Of a DNA stretch of 64,000 nucleotides, positions 51,101 through 61,973 are shown piece by piece. Position 1 is the stretch's first letter, and the number at the start of each line of letters is the position of its first letter. The notes under the pieces were generated by a model that saw nothing but the letters and a program-made list of their open reading frames with translations, searched no databases and had not been told where the DNA came from. Source of the stretch: Macrostomum lignano (Eukaryota); NCBI GenBank assembly GCA_002269645.1, contig NIVC01000640.1, positions 434,526-498,525 of the forward strand. Reading direction: 5' to 3'. The translations under genes were made by a program, and so were the position numbers.

Positions 51101-54100
51101 GGAGATGTGAAGTGTCGGAGATATGAAGTGTCGGAGATGTGAAGTATCGGAGATGTGAAGTGCCGGAGATATGAAGTGTCGGAGATGTGAAGTATCGGAG
51201 ATGTGAAGTGTCGGAGATATGAAGTGTCGGAGATGTGAAGTGTCAGAGATATGAAATGTCGGAGATATGAGGCGTCAGAGATATGAATTGTCGGAGATAT
51301 GAGGCGTCGGAGATATGAGGCGTCAGAGATATGAATTGTCGGAGGTATGAAGTGTCGGCTTACCCAGAAGGTGGCCGGCAGGTAGGCAGCGCGGGCCTCG
51401 CTGTCCACAGACTGGACTGAGTGAGTCGAGAACGTGTAGATCAGGCCGCTGAAGGCGCCCTTCAAAGTAATTGATTTGGGTGGGCAGCTGCTAGAGTGCT
51501 TCGATTACAATAGTGCCTTGAAAACCTACTGGCAAACACTCGATGACTGCCAACTAATTGAACGAGAAGGCCTCTGTCTATCAGGCTAATAACTTATAAA
51601 AAGCTGCAATTCGATCAACTGGAAGATTGGATGTTGTAGAAAAGTGTTGTAGACCCGCAGTTAGCAATTCAGCCAGCTCGAGAACCCCTGACACAGATAC
51701 GTGCGCAGCTGGCATGCGCTACGACCGGAGTGTACTGCGGCCCTCGCTTCCACCCCTCCCCCTCATTCGAAAGCTCGGAATTTCACAAGATAGACATTCA
51801 TATCATCAACATTTCAAGTTTCAAGTACACCAGCAAAACTTCTTGACGGCGTGAAATTTCGAGTTATTAGGTCTCATGGGTGTCAGTGCTCGGACAGGAT
51901 CCCGTCTGAAATTCCGATGTCAGGAAATCCCGATTAACAGTACATTCCTGCTGTTTTCTAATCGTTTTATTTTATATTACTAGATTTAGATTTAGATAAT
52001 TAGATTTTAATGGAGTGCAAGAAGGAAAATGATGTTCTGATTGTGACTATTTTTCAAATCCCATTCCAACTTGTCCCGGGATTCCCATTCCGACTTGTCC
52101 CGAGATCCCCGTCCCGAATTGTCCCGAGATCCCGTCCGGAATTTTCTCGAGATCCCGTCCCGACTTGTCCCCAGATCCCATCCCGACCTTTCCCGAGATC
52201 CCGTCCCGACTTGTCCCCAGATCCCATCCCGACCTTTCCCGAGATCCCGTCCCGACTTGTCCCGAGATCCCCGTCCCGAATTGTCTCGAGATCCCCGTCC
52301 GGAATTTTCTCGAGATCCCCGTCCCGAATTGTCCCGAGATCCCCCGTCCGGAATTTTCTCGAGATCCCGTCCCGACCTTTCCCGAGATCCCGTCCCGACT
52401 TGTCCCGAGATCCCATTCCGACTTGTCCCCAGTCGCACGGCAAGTCGAGGCACGAACCACTAAAGTAATGCGGCCGCGACCGGAAGTGCTTGACAAACTC
52501 GGGTATAGAAGCTGTCTGCATGGCTACAAAGCATCGGCAACCTACCAGAAGCCCGTCCAGGGTGAAGGCGCAGGCGGAAGCGAAGGCCAGCACGAGGTAG
52601 GCGGAAGGACCCTCTTCGCGTCTGTCTTCCAGCTCATCTGCAATGGGTGCAGCAGTGCGGCATTGAGAATATGCATGTAGGCTAACCAATAGTGATATCA
52701 ATTTTCACGGCAAACTTTCAACCATCGATAACTGTACCTTCTTGTTCGGTGCCACGAGAGACCTCCTGGGTCCAGCCTTCCTTGTAGGACAGGTAGAACA
52801 TCGACAGCATGATGGGGATCTGCGGTTGCAATTGAGTTGTGTGTAGATTCTTTCTCATCGGTTAGCATAAAATCTAGCCTGTTATTTACAACCCGACTTT
52901 GTCCCTGTCTCCACCTCACTCATTGTCTCTCTACCTCACTCCCTGTCTCTCCAGCCCACTCCCTGTCTTTCCACCTCACTAATTGTTTCTCCAGCCCACT
53001 CCCTGTCTCTCCACCTCACTCCCTGTCTCTCCACCTCACTCCCTGTCTCTCCACCTCACTCCCTGTCTCTCCAGCCCACTCTCTATCTTTCCACCTCACT
53101 AATTGTTTCTCCATCCCACTCCCTGTCTCTCCACCTCACTCCCTGTCTCTCCACCTCACTCCTTGTCTCTCCACCTCACTCCCTGTCTCTCCAGCCCACT
53201 CCCTGTCTCTCCACCTCACTCCCTGTCTCTCCAGCCCACTCCCTGTCTCTCCACCTCACTCCCTGTCTCTCCACCCCACTCCCTGTCTCTCCACCTCACT
53301 CCGTCTCTCCACCCCACTCTCTGTCTCTCCACCTCACTCCCTGTCTCTCCACCCCACTCTCTATCTTTCCACCTCACTCCCTGTCTCTCCAGCCCACTCC
53401 CTGTCTCTCCACCTCACTCCCTGTCTCTCCAGCCCACTCCCTATCTTTCCACCTCACTCCTTGTCTCTCCACCTCACTCTCTGTCTCTCCACCTCACTCC
53501 CTGTCTCTCCACCCCACTCTCTATCTTTCCACCTCACTAACTGTCTCTCCACCCCACTCCCTGTCTCTCCACCTCACTCCCTGTCTCTCCAGCCCACTCC
53601 CTATCTTTCCACCTCACTCCTTGTCTCTCCACCTCACTCTCTGTCTCTCCACCCCATCTCATTCCAGTCTCCAAGCCAGCCTCCCTGCGCCCACCTGTAG
53701 GACAGCGATGACGTAGAACGGATACCGGACGCGAGACAGCATCTCGCCCAGAGCCGGGTCCCTCTGCACAATGTCGCTAAGTGACTCGGCAGAGATGGCG
53801 GACTCCAGCTCCTCGGGCAGGGAGCAGTTGCTCCACTGGCGGAACAGCGGCTTTGACATGAAGCTGCCGATAATCAGCGGTGACACCAGCGCGCCGACGC
53901 TCTGGCTGAAGAACATCGCCTGCAGGAAGGGCCCGGAGCTGCCCCTGTAGAGAAAGATCATCTGCGTGTTGCAGAAGAACTCCAGGCAGCCCTCGGCCAG
54001 GCCCATCAGGCTGAAGATGAAGGCCATGCTTGGCAGGCTGGTGCAGAAGGTCACCAGCACGAAGCAGGTGGGCACCAGCACGGACACTGCTGTCATCACA

Positions 54101-54115
54101 AGATTGGCCGGCACC
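48136..54115 (-). CDS. MFSD4: MFS transporter, MFSD4-like; 5'-partial; exons 54115-53695, 52819-52738, 52637-52546, 51459-51364, 49618-49538, 49468-49321, 49226-49156, 48531-48136
   Basis: GLAEGCLEFFCNTQMIFLY...FLQAMFFSQSVGALVSPLI, GAFSGLIYTF...AYLPATFW|GFTLIGRLLGI and GFFISHCMPALLA match the MFSD4 layout. About ten hydrophobic segments; all seven introns are GT-AG with compatible phases. Confidence 0.8.
48556..49095. repeat. 71-bp tandem repeat, about 7.6 copies, containing CCTGAGCCAATCAGG
   Basis: TGTAGTCTGG recurs every 71 nt starting at 48556; last intron of the MFSD4-like gene. Confidence 0.95.
49797..50088 (+). mobile_element. tRNA-derived SINE, copy 3
   Basis: TAGTGGTTAAAGCG and GGTTCGATTC head; body nearly identical to copy 2. 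Located in an MFSD4-like intron. Confidence 0.82.
51083..51358. repeat. 16-bp repeat (GAAGTGTCGGAGATRT)n
   Basis: Direct reading. Confidence 0.9.
52066..52432. repeat. Repeat of about 23 bp (CCCGAGATCCCGTCCCGACTTGT)n
   Basis: Direct reading. Confidence 0.88.
52905..53660. repeat. 20-bp minisatellite (CCACCTCACTCCCTGTCTCT)n
   Basis: Direct reading. Confidence 0.92.
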
Positions 54116-54424
54116 CTGGGCATTGGGGAAGGCAAATCATTCGGTAATTAAGTAGGACGGGGACTTTGTTTCTTAGAAAAATTTTGAAGGCTGGCCGAGA
54201 GCAAAAATGGAATTACCAAGATAGATAATTTTCTTCTTGATTTCAATTTGATCGACTTTGCCAGTGTCATTGCGTCATTGGTTCGTGCACTAAATAAACA
54301 TTCGCTTCTTTGCCCCAACGTGTCCCAATATCTAAACGGAAAAAGTACTTTTACAACGACTTCGGGTGAGTCCAAATACTTCCACAGCGCTACTGCGCGC
54401 TTGTGACAATGCGCGATTATGATT

Positions 54425-54595
54425 CTGCGCACTTTTGATTCTGCGCGCTTGTGACACTGCGCGCTTATGATGCTGCGCGCTTATGACACTGCGCACTTAT
54501 GGTTCTGCGCGCTTATGACACTGCGCACTTATGGTTCTGCGTGCTTATGATGACACTGCGCACTTATGATTCTGCGCGCTTATAACACTGCGCTC
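54425..54595. repeat. Short degenerate repeat (GCGCTTATGACACTGC-like)
   Basis: Direct reading. Confidence 0.7.
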
Positions 54596-55011
54596 TTCGT
54601 ACCTTACCTAAATTTGGGAAATTTGACACAGTTAGCAAACTATTGAAGATTTTAGTAAAATAAAACGTAGATGTAGAATTTCAGCTCTCGCATCTCGTAT
54701 GGACGTTCTGGACAAAAAATTCTGATTAGAGAGACAGATAATCAGTTTAGAAGATGATGTAGATTCAGCTTCTGCACGCACAGACAGACAGACAGACAGA
54801 GGGGCTTGCTTACTAAACTCAATTAGGGAAATGGGAAAACAGAGCTATTCAAAGAGTTCCCTCGTATTATGGACAAGCCGACCCTGTCCTAATCCAGCCC
54901 GTCTCACACAGAGTCCGCGAGTCCGAAAGTCATTCAGTTGGGAATTGCGAAATCTTAAAAAGCCGAGTTTTTTCGATTTCCATCCTGTCAGAATGAAGCC
55001 GAATTGCATTT

Positions 55012-55185
<174 letters not shown>

Positions 55186-55406
55186 AGAGAGGCAACCCAG
55201 TCTGTCCTTCAGTGTGTGGGTGTGTGGGATCAAGGAAATTCCGCTATTTAAAGCCCTGGTCTCTGGACCCAGCCAGTCAGTCTGGCTGGAGCCCATTGTT
55301 TGATTTATCCCCAATTCCTTTGTCGGATAAAATTGCAGCATTTTACGAGTGAAGTGGTTGCTTGTACTTTCCTCGATAGCGTCTAGAGGTGGCCTGGTAG
55401 GTCTTT

Positions 55407-55426
55407 GAATCCCACCGCTGCCACCA
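55407..55426 (-). other. Primer-binding site complementary to the 3' end of a tRNA-Leu
   Basis: TGGTGGCAGCGGTGGGATTC lies 1 nt after the LTR-terminal CA. Its complement GAATCCCACCGCTGCCACCA is a tRNA-Leu-type 3' end including CCA. Confidence 0.8.
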
Positions 55427-55427
55427 G

Positions 55428-56459
55428 TGAAGTACTCTGTTATTCCGGCTACTTCCCTGTCAGTCACGTGAGCTGCCTACTTTGAGCTCTTGGTAGACTC
55501 TCCCAGGAAGTCTTCTAGCAATCCTTGGTAGTGTTGGTAGTGCTGCCACCAGCTCGCTCGGATCTTGTCCTTCGGTGAGGGAGACTCCGGGCTGAGCGAA
55601 AGAAACGAGACACGAGAACTCAGCACGTCGTGCAGATTTGACCGTTTGTACCGGTGCACACCTCGTCAGCGGTCCTGCCGGGCTCAAGTGTGGGGATGAG
55701 GAACTGTGCTAGTCTCTGTTAGTTCGGTTGGGATTTAGCACACTCGAGGACACACAGCCGCAGATGGATCAGAAATCAGATAGGTTGGCTAAGGCCTAGC
55801 GCAAGCTGCGCTGGACTTCCAACAGAGCAGTTATCAGAAGAATTAACGCACAGGTAAACGAGAGGTTTCACAGAGGGGGGCGGTTGCCAAACAGAGGCAC
55901 GAGAGGCCCGTACTTATAGGGTAGCGGATCGATTTCACCATACCGTGCAACACCCCATTGCGCCAGAGTGCGCAAGGCCGCTCTCACTGCCCCCAATCTG
56001 GCGTGAATCAGTTCTATTTTTAGAAACAGGCGCGGAACCCTCAATTTGAGAGGCAAGGACGCCATTCCTAATTTAGAGCCTGACACCCGAGATTGCACAA
56101 GGCAGCGCAAGAAAAGGACAGAGCGCCGGGGCACGTGATCCGCTCCCGTACGGCCAGACAGAGAGTACAGCCAGAACTGGCTGGACTCGAGCCAAGAGAA
56201 CGCAGCCACACAAAAAGGGGGAAGGAGACAGACAAAGAATGAAACAAGGACAGGCTGAGCGGAGAAGCTCAGACGCTGGGAACGCAAACGAACCGGAAAA
56301 AGGGGGGGACAAAAGGGAGCGCAGGCAGACAAAAGGACAACGAGGGAGGGAGAGGGAGAGAGGGAGGGAGAGCTGCGGCCAGCGGCAGCCAACAGCTCAG
56401 GAGGGCGCAGGGCACAGCTGACAAAGGGGGCACCTAACACTAAACTAGTGCTCACTTCA
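55428..56459 (-). mobile_element. LTR (1032 bp) with TGAAGT...ACTTCA termini
   Basis: On the - strand it starts TGAAGTG right after the PPT and ends GTACTTCA right before a PBS, giving a 6-bp terminal inverted repeat. The partner LTR is outside the window, so identity is unverified. Confidence 0.75.
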
Positions 56460-56471
56460 CTCTCCCCGTTC
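56460..56471 (-). other. Polypurine tract
   Basis: GAACGGGGAGAG abuts the LTR-initial TG. Confidence 0.7.
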
Positions 56472-57028
56472 AAATGATGAGGCGGAGTGCAAGCGTAGCC
56501 GCTTTATTTAAAACAAACAAGTTAAATTGTACTTTAACAAAATATAAACTTCGGCGTTAATTTGAGTTTAGGCAGCATAAAGATGGTAGAGATTGTACCT
56601 GAAGGATAAGCATAAAATGCATTAGTGTCGGATTAATACCGGCTGACCTGATTGAATGCAAAACGCGGCAATGTTAAGTAGGCGAGTTTGCTGTTCGAAA
56701 TGCGGGCTGACGCCCTACTAAATGCCTATAGCCATGATGGGGGCGTCGGCCCACTAATAGAGTAAAACAAAGGACGCCTAAATAAGTTGGTGGGATGCCG
56801 GGAGTCAAATGGCAGAGCCCGGGAGAAGGCGCATGCGGCGAGAGGAGAAAATAAAATAATGCAGTTGCGCGCGACTTGCGCTTGCCTGGAGGGGGCCCTA
56901 CCCTCTTTAGAGTTCAAAGTAAGGGCCAGGTTCAGCGTGGCATCAAGCAAAGAGGTGGGTGCGTCCTGGCGACGGCCGACCCAGCGGCGAGCACACCTGT
57001 CAGCGTCAAGGCTACCAGATCGGGCGGC

Positions 57029-60000
57029 TCAGGGCCAGGTGGCCTGGGCGATGCGGTCGGGCAAGTCCGGGACTCGGCCGGCCATCACACGGGCGATACG
57101 GCGGGCCACCGCCCTAAGCACAGCCGGGTGTTCAGGATGGCGGACCGCGGCACCGGCGATGTCCGCACCGTGGTCCATCGCGGCTTGGCGCTCGATGTCA
57201 TCAAGAGCCCGCATCTCGGCCCAGATGGGCTCGTTGAAGGAGGGCCATTCGCCATCTTGAGCCGCCGCCACAAAACAGCCGGCGAGATGCTCGGCGACGG
57301 TGTGGGCTAAGCTGATGGGCACACTCGGTGTCGGCTGGAGGTCGGCGTCATGCGGGTTGGCTGCCTGAATGTATGCGTCGGCCCTGGATGGGCCCTCAGC
57401 CTGGGTGGCGGCATCGATGCAGCGGGGCTCGGCCGGGGAGTTGGGCGGGGCCTGCGGCAGAGCGAGCCGGAGCTCCTCGGCGAGGTCGCTCCAGCTATAC
57501 GTAATCTCGTTGGCGTCGCTGAATTCAGCCTCGGAGGTCTGGGTGCCCATGGTCACCGATGTCGGAGCCCTGTTGGCCCCGGTCACAATCAGCTTTGCGG
57601 CCGCTGCTGCAGTTTTACCCGGGGGATCTTCCCGCGGCTGACTGGCGATGGGCTCCAGCGTCTCCGGAGTGGAAGACCCAGCCGTAGGGCCGTCTGCACC
57701 GAACGCGGCCGCAAAAGCGGCGAAGCTGGTTGGGCCTCCGGGTAGATGCGAGGGCGCGGCCGCCGATGGCCTTGCAGTGGTCACCGGATCGACAGGTCGT
57801 CGGGGATGTCGCTGCCGGTGAGCCTCTGGTCCCGAGCTGTCCCGTGGGTCATCATGACTCTGGTGGCTCGCCGAGGACCGCAAACGGCGGATCCGGGTAA
57901 CGGAGTCTTCGCCCGTGAGGTCAATGACCTCCGGCTGCGAGTTCTCCCGTCGCTGGCGATGCCGTCCGCGTCCTCGGCGACGTCGCGGTCGCGAGGCGTC
58001 CCTTGACCGAGGCGTCTCGTCGTTACGGCGTCGGTCCGGCGGCGGCGATCGTCGATTGGGCGGCGGGGACGGGGACCGACTATACGGAGTCTGGCCGAGA
58101 CGCAATCTGGGATGTACGCGCTGGACCCAGGGAGGCCGGGGCGCACTTTCCCATTGGCCGGCAGCCGCGCCGATGGCGGGGCCAGCATCGGCGGGGCAGA
58201 ACAGCTGTCTGCGCTGCGCTGTCGCTCGCTCGTCGGAGCTTGAGCGGTCCGTTCGCTTTGGCGGGCGAGATTGGTGCATTTCTGCGCTGAAATGGTTGAA
58301 ATTTTGTGTGCGCATGCGGGCGGTGCGACTAGCGTACGTTTGCGCCCTAGTGTCGCTAATAAGAAGCCTCTCTGGAGGCCTACGATCCCTAGCTAGCCTA
58401 CCGAAACCTACAGGCTCTACAGGCGCTTCCACCGGAGTGGTGCATGGCGATGGTACACGAGACTGTACCGCAGAAAAAGGTTCGGGGGGAGTAGGGACAT
58501 GGACGGGCGAAAAGGAAGCAGCAGGCACAGATGCATTAGAAACAGGCTCACGCAAGTGGCATTCACCATACGGCACTGGCTCACGCCGAAGTGCACTTGC
58601 CTGGTTCGCTGGTGTCGTGTTCGGTCCACCTCCTGGCTGCACCTCCGGGATTGCCAGAGGCCGGAAGTACCACCAGAGAGCCGGCCTCACATCATCGTCC
58701 TCGTTGTCATCGGGATCTTCGAGCTCTTCCTCGGGAACCGGTGGCAGGGTCGCGGGTCCTGCACCGTCAGGATCATCTGGCTGCCGTCTGCGCTTCTTCG
58801 CCTTCTCGACTTCGGGATCTGAAATCATCGCGTAGTCAGCGTCAGGAACGTGGAGCAGGTTGCGGCGATGAACAACAAGTTCATCCCGTCGGGCTCGCGG
58901 GTTGGGCAGTCTACGGCGAATCTTGTAGACTACCTCGCCTTTGGGTTTTACGACTTCGTAGAGTGCTTTGCGGGGTCGATGAAACTTCGCCGCCTCGTCC
59001 GGTTCGAGCACCGGGTTGTTGAGGAAAACTAGGTCACCGGGCTTGAGCTTCTTGGCCTTCGGCAGGTTGGAGTAGTGCTCGTCTCGAAGTTGCTGATGCA
59101 GATGCAGGCGTTCTTTAGCTAGCTCAGTCGCTTCGTCTAATCGGCGCTGGAAGTCCTTGACATAGTCGGGCAGATCGGCATACTCCGGCAGCTTCTTGAT
59201 CGCGTTGTCAATCGGCAGTCGGAAGTCACGGCCAAACACCAGGTAGTGGGGCGTGAATCCAGTCACCGGGTGTACACTGGAGCGGAGAGCCATCAGGCAG
59301 GCTGGAAGGAAGGTGTCCCAGTCGTTGTGGTTTCGCTCGAGGAGGCAGGTGAGAACGCTCTTCAGCTGCTTGTTGAGGTTCTCGACTTGACCATTGGAAG
59401 CTGGGTTGTACGGAGTTGTTGTAGTATGTCGAATGCCAAACAGGTTGCAAAACTTCTTGAAAGCTGAGCCAGTGAAATTGGTTCCTTGATCAGTGTGTAT
59501 CCAGCATGGTACACCAAAGTCAGGGATCAAGCGCTCCTGCAGGATCTTGATGACCGTCTTGGCTTTCTGGTTCCTCATCGGATAGGCGAACGGGTACTTC
59601 GACGTCGCGTCGCACAAGGTCAATATGTAGCGGTTCCCACTCTTGCTCCTCTGGGCAATAGGGCCTACTACATCGCAGTGTACTCTTCCTAGTACTTCGC
59701 AGACTGGGAAGCTTTGAACTGGAACTTTGTCTCGCCTTCGCGATTTGCTTTCGAGACAGGCACGGCATCTGCTGATAAAATTCTCGGTGACACGGGCTAA
59801 TCCGGGCCGCCAGAATCGTTCTCGCAGTCGTTTCAGCGTTTTTGTCTGGCCTAGGTGTCCACACAGTGGCGAACTGTGGAGCTCCTGGAGCACCTGGGCA
59901 TCGAGGGCTTCGGGCAGGACAACCTTCGGGGACTGCTGGCCATCAGTCAGGTCGATCATCAGCAAGTCGTCCTCCACTCGCAAATTCTCAAAATAACCGA

Positions 60001-60778
60001 GCAGGTTCCGCTGCTCCTTCGACAGGCGCAATCGGGCATCAAACTCTGGCTTCGGGGCTTCGTTCTTAACCAGATTGAGCACGTAGCTGATAGCTCGGTC
60101 GGCGCGCTGCGCGTCGACAAACTGTTGCCGCGTCATCGGCAACCTCAGAAAATCCGTGAGCACAGCGCGGCATGGCTGAGGGGTCATGACTCCCGCAGTC
60201 TCCGCTTCGGTGGCTCGCCGTTGATCACGCGACTCCGTCTTGTCGGCGTCAGGATTAGGTCGCTCCGAGGGACTTTGTCTCACAACGTCGGCGTACGATC
60301 GCTGATCCCGTTTCGAAGTTCTCATCGTCGCTCTCTTGACAGGAATTTCTGCAGCTGGAGCAGTGCACTTGCCTCCACTGCACAGCCCAGGCGACTCTTG
60401 GCTGTAGGGCGAGACGCAACACGTGAAGCACGCCTCGTCGCAGGCAGCCGTAGCCGTCGGCTCGATCATCGTCGTCATTGGGTGAGTCTTCTCCTGCACT
60501 GGGCGGTGTCGCAAAGGGGGACTCGACTTTCCGCACAGGCGATGAGCAGCTGTCTGTCGGCTCGGGGGACAGAGCGTTGACCTTGCAGCCGTCGCGAGAG
60601 TCTGGCCTCTGTCAACACGGCGAGAACTCTCAGCGCAAAACTCCGGGGAGTTGAACTTACATTGCTGGTCTGGATTCGCGTTGTGGGCTGTCATCAGGAG
60701 GGCTGCTTGTTCAGTGGCCTCTGAGTCGTGGTCCATGGGCGTCCAGGTTCCGAGATCCGCAGTCTTGGACATCATCAA
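57029..60778 (-). CDS. Gypsy integrase ORF (1249 aa) with long N-terminal linker and long C-terminal extension
   Basis: LHSSPLCGHLG...CRAC zinc finger, VHCDVVGP, IHTDQG, SNGQVENLN, TGFTPHYLVFGR. Confidence 0.92.
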   Translation of the reverse strand: MMMSKTADLGTWTPMDHDSEATEQAALLMTAHNANPDQQCKFNSPEFCAESSRRVDRGQTLATAARSTLCPPSRQTAAHRLCGKSSPPLRHRPVQEKTHPMTTMIEPTATAACDEACFTCCVSPYSQESPGLCSGGKCTAPAAEIPVKRATMRTSKRDQRSYADVVRQSPSERPNPDADKTESRDQRRATEAETAGVMTPQPCRAVLTDFLRLPMTRQQFVDAQRADRAISYVLNLVKNEAPKPEFDARLRLSKEQRNLLGYFENLRVEDDLLMIDLTDGQQSPKVVLPEALDAQVLQELHSSPLCGHLGQTKTLKRLRERFWRPGLARVTENFISRCRACLESKSRRRDKVPVQSFPVCEVLGRVHCDVVGPIAQRSKSGNRYILTLCDATSKYPFAYPMRNQKAKTVIKILQERLIPDFGVPCWIHTDQGTNFTGSAFKKFCNLFGIRHTTTTPYNPASNGQVENLNKQLKSVLTCLLERNHNDWDTFLPACLMALRSSVHPVTGFTPHYLVFGRDFRLPIDNAIKKLPEYADLPDYVKDFQRRLDEATELAKERLHLHQQLRDEHYSNLPKAKKLKPGDLVFLNNPVLEPDEAAKFHRPRKALYEVVKPKGEVVYKIRRRLPNPRARRDELVVHRRNLLHVPDADYAMISDPEVEKAKKRRRQPDDPDGAGPATLPPVPEEELEDPDDNEDDDVRPALWWYFRPLAIPEVQPGGGPNTTPANQASALRREPVPYGECHLREPVSNASVPAASFSPVHVPTPPEPFSAVQSRVPSPCTTPVEAPVEPVGFGRLARDRRPPERLLISDTRAQTYASRTARMRTQNFNHFSAEMHQSRPPKRTDRSSSDERATAQRRQLFCPADAGPAIGAAAGQWESAPRPPWVQRVHPRLRLGQTPYSRSPSPPPNRRSPPPDRRRNDETPRSRDASRPRRRRGRGRHRQRRENSQPEVIDLTGEDSVTRIRRLRSSASHQSHDDPRDSSGPEAHRQRHPRRPVDPVTTARPSAAAPSHLPGGPTSFAAFAAAFGADGPTAGSSTPETLEPIASQPREDPPGKTAAAAAKLIVTGANRAPTSVTMGTQTSEAEFSDANEITYSWSDLAEELRLALPQAPPNSPAEPRCIDAATQAEGPSRADAYIQAANPHDADLQPTPSVPISLAHTVAEHLAGCFVAAAQDGEWPSFNEPIWAEMRALDDIERQAAMDHGADIAGAAVRHPEHPAVLRAVARRIARVMAGRVPDLPDRIAQATWP

Positions 60779-61973
60779 GGAGGTCTACGTCAGCAGTGGC
60801 CTCCGAGGTTTTGTCCGGGCGAATCTCCAAGTAACAGCAGTCGGCGTGGGCGTCGCTGCGGAGGGCTGAGGGGTCAGTGGCCTCCGGGTTGGTGTCCAAA
60901 CCGGTCTCCAGGCGTTGACTGCAGCGATGGTCGTCGTGCTGAAGGGCTGCTGGCGCGGTGGCCTTCAGGTCTTCGGCCAGGGCAGTCTTGGCCTCCTTGT
61001 TGCGAGTGCGGACCTTCTTCGAAAGGGCTGGTCTTGCAGTGGCCTTCCGGGTGGTGTCCAAGTCCGGCTCCAAGCTGGTGTCATCATCGTGTCGGGCTGC
61101 AGAATCGGGATGCTCAAGCAGCCGGCCGTGCTCAAAGTCGACCGGTGGTGTCTCCGGGCGTCTTGACAGGGCGTCAGCGTTGGCGTGGTCCTTGCCTTTG
61201 CGATGGTGAAGCTGGAAGCGGAACTCGCTCAGTCGCTCAATCCAACGGCCCAAGATGCCTGTGACCTGCGTCTGGTTCAGCAGCCACAGCAAGGCTCGAT
61301 GGTCAGAACGAACTTCAAACTTCTTGCCAATTAAATAATGACGGAAATGTCGCATAGCGTCCACGATTGCAAGCAGCTCTTTCTTCGTGACCGTGTAGCG
61401 CTTCTCAGGATCACGAAGTTTCCGGCTAAAGAATGCAATTGGACGCTCGACGCCGTCGGATTGCCGTTGTCCAAGACAAGCGCCTATGCGAATGTCTGAG
61501 GCATCAGTGTCTAGGACAAACTTCACGTCAGGATCTGAGTTAAACTCAGGCAGAGCGAGAACTTCAGTCGAACACAACTTCTTCTTCATCGTGTCGAACG
61601 CTACCTGGTGCTCATCAGTCCAATGCTGCCGCAGGCTGCCGATGTCCTTTCGAGTCAGGGCATGCAGCGGCGCAGCAAATCCAGCGTAGCCGTTGACAAA
61701 CTTGTGGTAGTAATTGGCGAGGCCTAGGAATTGTCTCAGTTGAGTAACGGACTGTGGCACGGGCCAATCACGGATCTGCGCAATCTTGTCCTCACAGGTC
61801 TTCAGGCCGTCGGGAGTCACGACGTGGCCTAGATAATGCAGCTCCTTGAGGAACAAATGGCACTTCTTCGGCTTGACCTTGAGGTTGGCTGCGATAATCC
61901 GCTGGAGTACAGTCCGCAGGTTGTCCAGCTGCTCCTCGAAGGTCACAGAGTGCACCACGATGTCATCCATGTA
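60711..61973 (-). CDS. pol: Gypsy RT C-terminal half and RNase H
   Basis: YMDDIVV (61973-61962), KCHLFLKELHYLGHVV, LRQFLGLANYY, LDTDASDIRIG, ELLAIV, SDHRAL, NADALSR. Confidence 0.92.
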   Translation of the reverse strand, partial: YMDDIVVHSVTFEEQLDNLRTVLQRIIAANLKVKPKKCHLFLKELHYLGHVVTPDGLKTCEDKIAQIRDWPVPQSVTQLRQFLGLANYYHKFVNGYAGFAAPLHALTRKDIGSLRQHWTDEHQVAFDTMKKKLCSTEVLALPEFNSDPDVKFVLDTDASDIRIGACLGQRQSDGVERPIAFFSRKLRDPEKRYTVTKKELLAIVDAMRHFRHYLIGKKFEVRSDHRALLWLLNQTQVTGILGRWIERLSEFRFQLHHRKGKDHANADALSRRPETPPVDFEHGRLLEHPDSAARHDDDTSLEPDLDTTRKATARPALSKKVRTRNKEAKTALAEDLKATAPAALQHDDHRCSQRLETGLDTNPEATDPSALRSDAHADCCYLEIRPDKTSEATADVDLLDDVQDCGSRNLDAHGPRLRGH

